Shown: piece after piece, positions 47,001 through 59,000 of the stretch | Numbering within the stretch: position 1 is the first letter of the stretch | Layout: the number at the start of each line of letters is the position of its first letter | NCBI RefSeq assembly: GCF_902459465.1 | Contig: NW_022985711.1 | Coordinates: 124,001-188,000, forward strand | Source: Asterias rubens | Lineage: Eukaryota | Reading direction: 5' to 3' | DNA length: 64,000 nt | Notes under the pieces: generated by a model | What the model saw: only the letters and a program-made list of their open reading frames with translations | What the model was told of the DNA's origin: nothing | Databases searched by the model: none | Made by a program: the position numbers and the translations under genes

Positions 47001-50000
47001 TGCTATAGAGTTAATATAAGAACTAGAGGGCGCATTGATATATAACTAATACTGATTGCAAAGAGCACTGCATTCAGGGTTGTCAGTGCCCTGGCGGTGA
47101 GGTAAGTTCCACATATAGAGCTTTGTATGCTATAGAGTTAATATAAGAACTAGAGGGCGCACTGATATAAAACTAATACTGATTGCAAAGAGCACTGCAT
47201 TCAGGGATGTCAGTGCCCTGGCGGTGAGGTAAGTTCCACATATAGAGCTTTGTATGCCATAGAGTTAATATAAGAACTAGAGGGCGCATTGATATTTAAC
47301 TAATACTGAATGCAAAGAGCACTGCATTCAGGGATGTCAGTGCCCTGGCGGTGAGGTAAGTTCCACATATAGAGCTTTGTATGCCATAGAGTTATATATA
47401 AGAACTAGAGGGCGCATTGATATATAACTAATACTGATTGCAAAGAGCACTGCATTCAGGGTTGTCAGTGCCCTGGCGGTGAGGTAAGTTCAACATATAG
47501 AGCTTTGCATGCCATAGAGTTATATATAAGAACTAGAGGGCGCATTGATATATAACTAATACTGATTGCAAAGAGCACTGCATTCAGGGTTGTCAGTGCC
47601 CTGGCGGTGAGGTAAGTTCAACATATAGAGCTTTGCATGCTATAGAGTTAATATAAGAACTAGAGGGCCAACAAGCCTACATACGTACGCGTCCCGGCAT
47701 GTGCGTCCCATATCCAACTCAGCCTTCAGCCTCGTTGGACATGGGATGCAGAAGTGCTATATTTTTCCGTATTCCACTCACGCATGGTGTTAACTTGTAA
47801 TATTTTCGTTTCGGTGCACTAACCCTTTAATATGTTTTTAAAAAAATGATATTTAGGTCCTTGACGATGAAACAGAGAAATGTGTCAAAGTGGCAGATTG
47901 TTCCTGTCAGTTTGAAGGTCACGATTTCTCGCACGGACAAAAGTGGAACAGTGACTGCAATGATTGGTAAGTGAGGGCTCGAAATTTACACTGGATCATT
48001 TATTTTAGTTTCCCCAACTGGGAGGCCGAAAGGAAAATAAAATGCTCCAAGGATCACCTCGGGGGTTGTGGTTTTAACCAAAAGCAGATTGTAGACTAAC
48101 CTCCGTCATTAGCCTACGATACAAAAAGAAAAAAACTAGTTGAAGATTGCGAGTTGGGGCAGAGGATAGTTAATCTGTGGTTTCTTTTGTGGCTGATGCA
48201 GAGAAATAACCGCGATCTCAGACTTGAAATCAAGTCTAAGCAGGTTGAATTTCATTACATTGTAGGTCAAAAGTTTCATAAGGTCAATGATAATAGACTT
48301 TACCAAAAAATTGTTTTCTTATTTCCTTTCAGTGTTTGTTTAAATGGTGTTGCCAACTGCACGGATAAAATCTGTACCAGTAAGTTAACCTTTTGTTTTT
48401 GTTTTGTTTTTTGGGGGGGGGGGGATGGAGCTTGGGAGGGAGTATGTTCGTTCGGCTCCACTGGTCTTTTCCAAGACTGCTCGGACAGTCCAATGAGCTC
48501 AAACTGCGTAATGCGATTGTATAAACATGAAACTGAATCCAATTATTAAAATAATTTTATTTCAGGTGCAAATCAGGATTGCCCAATGAACCAAGAGTAC
48601 ATTGACTGTGTACACTGTGAGCGTAAATGTGAGAATATTCATTTGGCATGTCGAAGGATTTCGTGTACCCCCGGATGTGGGTGTCCAGACGGCATGGTAC
48701 GCATTGGAAACGATCAGTGTATGCCGCAGTCGCAGTGTCCATGTTACTTTAACGGACAATCGTACGGTTCCGGTGACGTATTCTTCAATGGATGCAGAAC
48801 ATGGTAACTATGTTTTTTTATTTCATTTTATGAGGTAACATCCAACTCACGAGGTTGGATAGCCACTTTAAGATGAGGGCTACATTTAACTGATTTGGGC
48901 TATCGATCCAGATCAACTGTCAACAGGGGCACATTACCATGTACTCCTGGGGCTGAAACAGGGTTACCCCCTCTACAGCTTGTAAGGATGTAGGCATGGG
49001 TATCATCCACTAGGAGCCACCAACTCCTGGGGCTGAAACAGGGTTGCCCCCTTCACAGTCTGTTAGGATGTAGGCATGGGTATCATCCACTAGGAGCCAC
49101 CTACTCCTGGGTAACCTCCTGGGGCTGAAACAGGGTTACTCACTTCGCAGTTTGTAAGGATGTAGGCATGGGTATCATCCACTAGGAGCTTGGCTGGTAG
49201 AGCAGAGTGCACTACATTTCCAACTTTTTCAAAGCAATTATGGTTAAGTGTCTTGCTCAAGGGTGTCTCTCAACCAGGATTCAAACCTTGGAGCTTGGGT
49301 CCGGTGATCTAGACTGCTTGGCCATGACACGCTATCATGGATAAGATTTAAGAGGGGCTCCAAAGTCAAACTAAGTTTTTGGACGCACTCAATTTCCACT
49401 AACTAGAGTCCCAATGAAGGTCTTCAACCTCATGTCAAAAGCAGGGTACACTTTTGTTTATTGTCAAAGACCAGTGTCCTCACTTGGTGTAAATCCAACA
49501 TAAGCATAAAACAAAAGTTTGGCTCAATTAATCACTGAAATTGCATTTTGAACGGGTTTGTTGTGTTTTTTGTTTTCAGTACATGTGGTGAATCAGGTGT
49601 TTATACTTGTGACGACAAATCTTGTGGAGGTAAGTGAATTTGTTTTTAATTTTAAGGTAGGATTTGGAGAAAGGGTTCCCTTTGAGGTAATATGGTTTTG
49701 ATAATTTGATTCAGTTTACTCGCAAGTGACTTTTAAAGTTACACTATACTTTCACTCGCCAAAAATCATTGAACAATTTAACACAGGTCTATTTGATACA
49801 AGGCAGGAGTTTCAACTTTGATGGCCATTTTCATTTTGAAAAGGTTGCTTCTATTGAAACCATTTGCAGGGATACAGGAATATTTTTAAAGAAGATCAAG
49901 GTATAGACTAGGGGCATTGTTAGCTTGCCAGCCCGCAGATCCTCATACGCTGTGTCAAAAAACAGCAGCGACTCCCAAAAAAAACCTTCCAGCGGCTTTT

Positions 50001-53000
50001 ATAATTTTATCTATGTGATCATTTGCTCTCTTTCGAACATGTTGCAAAGAGCTCTTCTGATGGAAAATCTTAAAGTTCATACTTTGAAAGGGCATCAAAG
50101 GTCAATAGACCTATCCCATGAAATATGTAAATTGCACATGACGCGTGCGCACTAATGTTTTGGTTGGCAAAATGAGTGAACATCGCGCTGTTTTGTACAC
50201 GGCTAATGGCTGCGTGACGCAGACGCCATTGTGCGTCTGCTAAGTGCACAACTCTATGGCGTTTGCCAACCAACAGGGTCTGTACGCATGTGTGAATGCA
50301 ATTAGCATTATTCATAGGAAGGATCCATTGTCCTTATTGATGCCAGGGGTGTGTCCACAACTCGTTCCACTTTTACTTGTTGGCGAACGTGCGCAACTGT
50401 TGGCAATGTTTGCGCGAGTGGAACGCACACCAGGCCTGGTGTTGCACAATCTCCCAGCTCATTAAGATTGACACCCATTTGTTATATAGGATTTGAGGCA
50501 TTGCATGGTGAGGTATTAATATTCACTTGGTTTGCGGTAACACCTTGTGTGTGTCTTCTTGCCAGGTAGAGTTTGTTCTGTCTTTCTTTATTCTACTACA
50601 GCGGAGTAGATTTATTGGGCATTCTGGAGACTTCTCAGTTCTGAAAAGAACAGTCCTACATGTACTTGTTAACTACTACCCATGCAGAAGGTATAGAAAA
50701 TTGGCTGGGACTACTACTTCAGCATATAGGATCATAATTATCTGCACTACCGCGGAGTCAGTTCTTGAATTGGTCTCACCGTTTCGACGAGCTTACTCTA
50801 TTCATCGTCATTTGTTATTAATGCAAATTTATTTGATCTTTTCCCCAGGCACATGCAGGGCTTATGGTGACCCTCACTACATCACATTTGATGGTCTAAA
50901 GTATGAATTCCAAGGTTAGTCACTCAAACTGAAATCTTTTGATGTTTTTTCTGCGGCAAAAAAAAAGAGGAAACAGCTTCTCAGGAGGCTCTTTGCAAAG
51001 TCTTAAATATTTTATATGACAAATGCGAGTTTCAAACTCCCATGCATTTTTCAAACTTGCGCTTAATGCCTCCTACCAACTTAAGTATGGTTGTAAAAAT
51101 CATCCGACAGCGCCCCCCTTGTGACACAATAAGGTCACATGTAGGTCATGTTTAAACACTTCTGTTTGTATATCGCACGTTTATATGGTCATGTGATCTC
51201 TTCTCGACCATCAAAATAATGTGACTCATCCCCATCTTTTAAAATCCTTAAAGGCAGTGGACACTATTGGTAATTACTCAAAATAATTATTAGCATAAAA
51301 CCTTTCTTGGTGACGAGTAATGGGGAGAGGTTGATGGTATAAAACATTGTGAGAAACGGCTCCCTCTGAAGTGCCATAGTTTTCGAGAAAGAAGTAATTT
51401 TCCACGAATTTGATTTCGAGACGTCAGATTTCGAACTTGAGGTGTCGAAATCAACCATCTAAACGCACACAACTTCGTGTGACAAGGGTTTTTTTCTTTC
51501 ATTATTATCTCGCAAGTTCGATGACCGATTGAGCTCACATTTTCACAGGGTTGTTATTTTATGCATATGTTGAGATACACCAACTGTGAAGGCTAGTCTT
51601 TGACAATTACCAATAGTGTCTACTGTCTTTAATCATTTTTGTTTTCTAAGTGGTTTTTATAATTGTATTTTCAGTTTTATGTGTTGCTTTTTAACTAACT
51701 GTGTTCCTTTGTTTTTGTTAAGCGCTTTGAGGCCTACATTTGTAGCTTAAGATGCTATATAAATACCCTTTTAATATTCTTTGCCCCGATAAAATTTCCA
51801 TATACTGCCTCTAGCTACTGGGCAATCTCGGTGGTCAAGTTGGTAAGACACTGCTCTAGAAATGCAAAGAGTTGTGGGTTGGAATACCACCCGAATATTA
51901 TTCCTGTGATTTGTTTTCACAGAGCTTGGGAAAATACCGAGTACATGTACATGTATACAGTGATAACACACATCGGTGTACATGGGTAAAACCAAAATTA
52001 ATATTCTTTATTCCCGTTGCAAATTTATATCTGTTATTATTGTTATTATTATTATTACTAAATAGTTGTTAAATTTGCATCGTGGATAAAGAATATTCAT
52101 TTCGGTTTTTACCCATTTACACCGATGTGTGTTAGCACTGTACACATGTACTCAGTACTTACCCGAGTTCTTTGAGATAAAATCACAGGCATATTACTCA
52201 GGTGGGAATTAAACCTAGAGCAGTGTCACATTGGTATATACGAGTAAAAACCTAAATGATGATGATTATTATTATTAGGAGAGTGCAGTTATACCTTGGT
52301 GACGGACAGATGTCAAGCTGACAGCGTTGCAACGATAGCAGTCCAGGTCGAGAATGTACCTTGCGGAACGGAGAAGCTGACTTGCACCAAGTCGATCTCA
52401 ATCTCCATCAAAGATGCCGTCATTACGCTGGTACGGGGTTCAGAACCAGTAGAGAGTAATCCAGGATCTACAGAAGCCAAATATCAATTCTTTAACTCTG
52501 GAATTTACCTCATTATTCATACACTGAACGGTAAGGATCTATTCTGTTTGAAAAGTTAAAATACAAGTAATGGAAAGTACAAGATCTTTTATCTGAACTT
52601 ACCTTGGATATAGAGTCCCGGTCATGACACTTGTGCCCTTGAGCAAGACACTTAACCATATGGGTACCTGTGAGGGCAGAGTTGGTTCTTGTGATTGGTT
52701 AGCTTAGTGCGTTACATATTTGGCAGCACAGGCTGTATACTCCCCAGGGAGCTGAGATGGTTTAAGGAATGATTTAAGGCCCAGTGACCAGGGGTAATAA
52801 TGTTGAAGCCCCATGAGCGTCACTGCGTGACAAACCTGAGCGCTATATAAGAAGCCACTATTATTATAAGCAAAACGATTAAAATATTATTTAAAATCGT
52901 AGATTAAAGGCAGTGGACACTATTGGTAATTACTCAAAAAAATTATTAGTGTAAAACCTTTCTTGGTGACGAGTAATGGGGAGAGGTTGATGGTATAAAA

Positions 53001-56000
53001 CATTGTGAGAAACGGCTCCCTCTGAAGTGCCATAGTTTTCGAGAAAAAAGTAATTTTCCACGAATTTGATTTCGAGACCTCAAGTTTAGAACTTGAGGTC
53101 TCGAAATCAACTATCTAAACGCACACAGCTTCGTGTGACATGGGTGTTTTTTTTCTTTCATTATTATCTCGCAAGTTCGATGACTGATTGAGCTCAAATT
53201 TTCACAGGTTTGTTATTTTATGCATATGTTGATATACACCAACTGTGAAGGCTAGTCTTTGACAATTACCAATAGTGTCCACTGCCTTTAAGAAATACGT
53301 TTTTTATTTCTCAACAGGAATTCGTATAACATGGGACAGAGGAACGTCTGTTTTCATAAACCTGGACGATTCGTACAAAGGGAGAGTGTGTGGAATGTGT
53401 GGTAACTTCGACGGCGACTCCGGAAATGATTTCAAAACAATTGGAGGAGAGTTCCAGGCTACTCCGAGGTTGTTCGGACACGAATGGAAGACGGATTCTA
53501 ACTGCGTGGTTCCACCGGAGCCGGTTCATCCATGTGAGACGGAAGTTGGTTTGACACGGAAGGCGTGGGCGGAATACTCATGTGACATTATCAAAGGGGA
53601 GATCTTTAAATCGTGTCACAATGTGGTAATGTAAACCCTTCTTGATGTTTACACAACTAAATAATAATAATGATTATAATAAAGTCTTTTAATGCACACA
53701 TATCCATCCAAGGTGTTTAAAGGCAGTGGACACTATTGGTAATTACTCAAAATAATTACTAGCATAAAACCTTACTTGGTAACGAGTAATGGGGGAGAGG
53801 TTGATAGTATAAAACATTGTGAGAAACGACTCCCTCTGAAGTAACGTAGATTTCGCGAAAGAAGTAATTTTCCACGAATTTGATGTGTGTTTTTTCTTTC
53901 ATTATTATCTCGCAACTTCGACGACCAATTGAGCTCAAATTTCCACAGGTTTAATATTTTATGCATATATATGTTGAGATACACCAAGTGAGACGACTGG
54001 TCTTCGACAATTACCAATAGTGTCCAGGGTCTTTAAGGGGCAGTTAAACCAAAAATAAAATGAAAGAAAACAGACACAACAAAATTATTCCTCGAATACC
54101 TGTGACAGTTTTGAGAAAAGATTTGCATTTTATGGTACAGAGACTAGATTAGAAAACACAGTGCAAGTCTTAACTCAGCGGAGCATTTCAGAGCAATGGC
54201 CTGGAGCTCTGGTATTTCTGATCAGCAGAGTGCTTCTTTTGCATACTCACAGCACGTACTGCTCAAAATTTGGAGGACCACACCAGCTCTTTTCAAAGCC
54301 AACACTCTACTGAAGAGATTTTACACGAGGTTTTACTCACAAGTTTACTATTTTTATTTTATCTTATTTTCCACACCATGCAAAGCTTCAAACACCATCT
54401 AGGTTCCTCTTAGTTTAAGAAGAACACTTATTGTGCGCCGGTACCCCTCACAAGTGATGTTCATGGCGCAAGGAGGGCCTCTTTGGGTTTTGAGGGCCTC
54501 TTTGAACTTATGAATAGAAGAAATTTTAACGGGTATTTAGAGGCAGATTATTCCAAAGTAGAGGACAAGCCTCTGAGAAAAAGCTCTGTCACCCCAATTG
54601 TTGTAGGTTTTGGGAACAACCAGTAATGAAGAAGTGGATTTAGCAGACGATTCTAAAAATCTTTCCTTTGTTGTTGCTCAGATCGACCCCCAGGACTACT
54701 ACGATAGCTGTGTGTATGATAGCTGCGGATGCGACAGGGGTGGAGACTGTGAATGTTATTGTACAGTCGTCGCTAACTATGCTGCTGTTTGCAATGAGAT
54801 GGGTGTTGCCATACAATGGCGTTCACCTGGTGTTTGTGGTAAGTCTAAATTTCTAATGATAATGGTAGACTTCACAACCTGGGCCCTGTTTCATAGAGCT
54901 GCTCAGCACAAAAATTTGCTTAGCATGAAATTTCTTCCTTGATAAAAACAGGATTACCAACCAAATTTCCACATGATTTTCAGGGTAAGCAAACAACGGC
55001 TGAATTTGCAACAAATGGAAATTGGGTTGATAATCCTGTTTTGCTTTCAAGGAAGAAATTTCATGCTAAGCAAATTTTTGTGCTTAGTAGCTCTTTGAAA
55101 TTGTGTCCAGGTTGCTAGTGGCAAATGAGGTTCTGGAAAGAGGCATTGGGGGGGTTGCTTAACTTTTTTGTTGGACAAGTTATCAAGTAATTATTGATGG
55201 GCTTCTTATTAGACCTTAGTTGACTGTGAGAAATTTAATGAAGGTTATCATTCTTATCTACATGTATAAGAAGAAACTAGAAATAAATGGTAAACTTGCG
55301 GGTATAACCATGTGTAAATCTCTTAGGATGAGTGTTGGCTCTGAAAAGAGCCGGTTGGGTCTCGCCATTTCGAACGGTATACTCTGCTTGTCTCACCTTA
55401 AGAGATTTACACATGATTGTACCCGCAAGTTTACTAGTTATTCTCCACACCATGCAAAGCTTCAAACAATACTTATTCTTTTGCTTTCCATTAATAAAGC
55501 TATGCAATGCGTGAACGACATGACATACAAAACGTGCGGTGAAGTTTGCGCTGATAGGGTCTTTTCTGATCAGGCCGCACCAAGCTTCAATTGCCATCAG
55601 GTTTGTATCGATGGGTGTCACTGTCCAGAAGACACCAAACTCTGGCGGGGTGTGTGTGTACCGGAGGTCAACTGTACCCACAATGGCACTGAGTACATAC
55701 CAGGCAACCATGTTGATCTTGAAGAATGTACAAACTGGTAAGTAACCCTCACCAAACACTGAGGTTTTCCTTTCCACCCCCTTTAAAGGCAGTGGACACT
55801 AATGGTAACTACTCAAAACAATTGTTACAATAAAAACTCACTTGGTAACAAGCAACACAGAGCTGTTGATTGTATAGAACATTGTGAGAAGCGGCTCCCT
55901 CTGATGTAACTTTGTTTTGGAGAAAGAAGTAATTTTCCATGAATTTGAATCTAAGACCTCAGAATTAGATTTTGAGGTCCGGAGATCAAGCACCTGAAAG

Positions 56001-59000
56001 CACTTTGTGTGTGACAAGGGTGTTTTTTCTTTCATTATTATCTCCCAACTTCGACGCCAATTGAGCTCAAATTTCCACAATTTGTTTTTTATGCATTTGT
56101 TGAGACACACGAAGTGAGAAGACTGGTCTTTGACAATAACCAACAGTGTCCAGTGTTTTCAAATGAAAAAATAAAAGTTAATTGCGGCAATCAAAAGAAA
56201 ATCTTGTTGGTGGTCTTCAAACCCATTTGACTGAAATATTTCTGAAACAATAGTTAATGGCCTAATGTTTCAACTCTGCTATACACCTTCCCTTTAAACT
56301 GGTATGTATTGCGGTGTATATGGGTAAAAATCTAAACGATATTCTTTATCCCCGATGCAAACTTAACATCTATTAAATCGTTTACAGTACCCGCTGCAAA
56401 AACATAGGATTCCAGCTGCCCACCTTGGTGGTCTAGTTGGTATGACACTGTCATGTTTTTTTTTTCAACAGAACTCTGGTAAATACTGAGTATACAGTGC
56501 TAACACACATCAGTGTACATGTATATGGGTAAAAACCAAACAAATATTCTTTATCCCGATGCAAATTTAATATCTATTAATTTGTTTTGTTTTCTTTTTA
56601 GTACTTGTCAAAATGGAGAGCTCACCTGTGTTCCTTTACCAAGCTGCGCAAGTAAGTATAACTCAAATATTATTTAGCGCCTAATTAATAAAATTGTTGT
56701 GTTATGTTTTATAAAAACCAATGGCTTATTTTATGAGCTTAGATGTTTCAATTTATTGCCAAAAAATTTTCCCTTTCCTCGTTTCTGTCAGCAAAGACTA
56801 AATTCAACAACTTGTTGTTACTTTCAATGATTTTGTTATTGTCACAAGCCTTAGGCTTTTAAGTAAGTTTTTTAATTTTGTCCCCATTTTTTTTTTAACC
56901 CAGCTACTACAGCAAATGTGACTACTGTAGTGAGTACAGCAGTGCCATCGACCACCACCAATGGGACAACTACAGGTAAAATTTAGTAATAGTCAAATTC
57001 AGCAGCCAGCAATCCCTGAAAGATCTTGCAGGGTGCACTCCCAAGATGCAGGGGGAGGGGGGAGGGTGTCCGGGGGCAGGTCCGCTTAGGCTCAAATGCG
57101 CCTTGCACACGGGGCCTCAGATTCCAGCAGCGGAGGGATTACCATAAGGGGATGCAACTTTTTATTTCAAATATCATGTAACATTACAGGAAAGCTCCAT
57201 TAAAGAATGAGACTGGAAAGAAACATCCTTTTCATCTGACAACTCACACCTGTTATCTCCATGTTATTCCTTTTTCAAACGGTGGACTTAATCCGATCAT
57301 GCACAAACCAGTAGGGCTGCCAACTGCCCAAGGTTTAATGACCAAAGAAACACAATGTAAACACACCAACTGGTGACACTGGTTTCTGAGCTTTTATGGC
57401 AACACTCAAACAATTCAATGGAGCTTTCCATTGATAAGTCACAAGAGAAACTAACTGGGTACAACTTAAATAATTCAGGTTTAAACAAAGACAAACTTAC
57501 AAGAGCAGGACTTGAACCAGTGACCACTGGCTTAACAAGCCTGTGCTCTACCAATCGGGCTATCTAAACCCTAGTATTACACTGTAGTGTCCCTATTTTG
57601 TCAATACCGTTGTCAATTTAAACTCTGCTTTAAGCTTAGTTGGCAGAGTGCTACAGGTAGCTTGTTTATCAAGTGGTCGCAAGTTCATGTCCGGCTTTTT
57701 TTTAATTCAAACTTGTCACAATTATGATTTTGCTTTTTTGCAAATGCTTTTACAGCAACTCCAACTAGTACTGAAGTTACAACCACTCAGGTAACATCCA
57801 CAACAGCTGGTTCAACTGAACAAACCACTACCACAGTTGTGACAACTTCTCCCGAGGCAACCACCACAGAGATAACCACTGTGGAGATAAGTTCAGGTAA
57901 GTACATGTATTTATATTTGGTTTGCCGTAACACCATGTGTGTATCTACTTGCCAGGTAGAGTTTGTTAGAGAACTGTCTTTCTTTATTCTACTACCGTGG
58001 AGTAGATTTATCAGATGTTCGGGAGACTTCTCAGTTCTGAAAAGAACTGTCCTGCAAGTACAGGTAAGTACGAAGGAATGATCTTTAGTGTTACTTTTCC
58101 AACCTTACTCTGGGTGTTTCAGACAATTTGCTGATTCTTTCTGTATGAATTGTTTCCTTAATTATGTGTTTGTATTTGTTGATTTGATGCAGGGCCACCC
58201 ACAACATCAGTTACGACTGCTGGACCAACAACTACAGAGGTATCGACCACTACGACTAATGTCACTACCCTATCGGTACCATCAACTACAGCTGCAGCTA
58301 CAACCTCGGCTGTGCCTACAACAACTGAAGTGGTCACCACAACTACTTTAGTTTTGACCACCACTCCAGAAGCAACAACCTCTGAGGAGACAACTGTTGT
58401 GACTACCAGCCCGGTGTCTACAACCACTGGTAAATATAAAAATGATTACAATTTTAACCTGTTATTGTGAATTAAACGAATTGCTAGGCTTAGCTGCTTT
58501 TTGCTGATCGTTTGCCTTCTTCTTAGGCCTGCTGACAAGTACTCAAGTTTCAACCCTATATTTGGGTTCAGTAACAAGTATACAAATTTAAAAAAAAAGC
58601 TTTGCGCTTTTAACTCGTTAAACTTTTGTTTTTATCTGTTTGTTTTCTAGGTACGACTTTAGCACCCTGTTTGGATAACCTGGATGACGCAGTTGAGGTC
58701 CACAGAATCAATATGGATGAATTTGCAGAAGTTTCCTCGGATTACTGGTGGATATCATTGAACCCCCCACAAAATGAGAGTACACCATACACTGGTTCCT
58801 CATTGGTTACCACTTTCAACCCCACTGTCAAGTTGGTTGCAATAAAGGTTGAGAAAAAGGAAGATGTGGTCGAAGACATCAAATTTTCCCTCACTGGAAA
58901 GTCTAATCGTGGAGACACAGCGTTTACACCAATAGAAAATGCTGATGGTGGAGCCATATTTACTGGCAAAACATACAGCTACATTTTTTTACCTAACGAC

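Noticed and set aside
48944-49189. Possible ribozyme in the triple repeat
   Set aside because: No hammerhead core, and I could not build a convincing HDV-like fold by eye.
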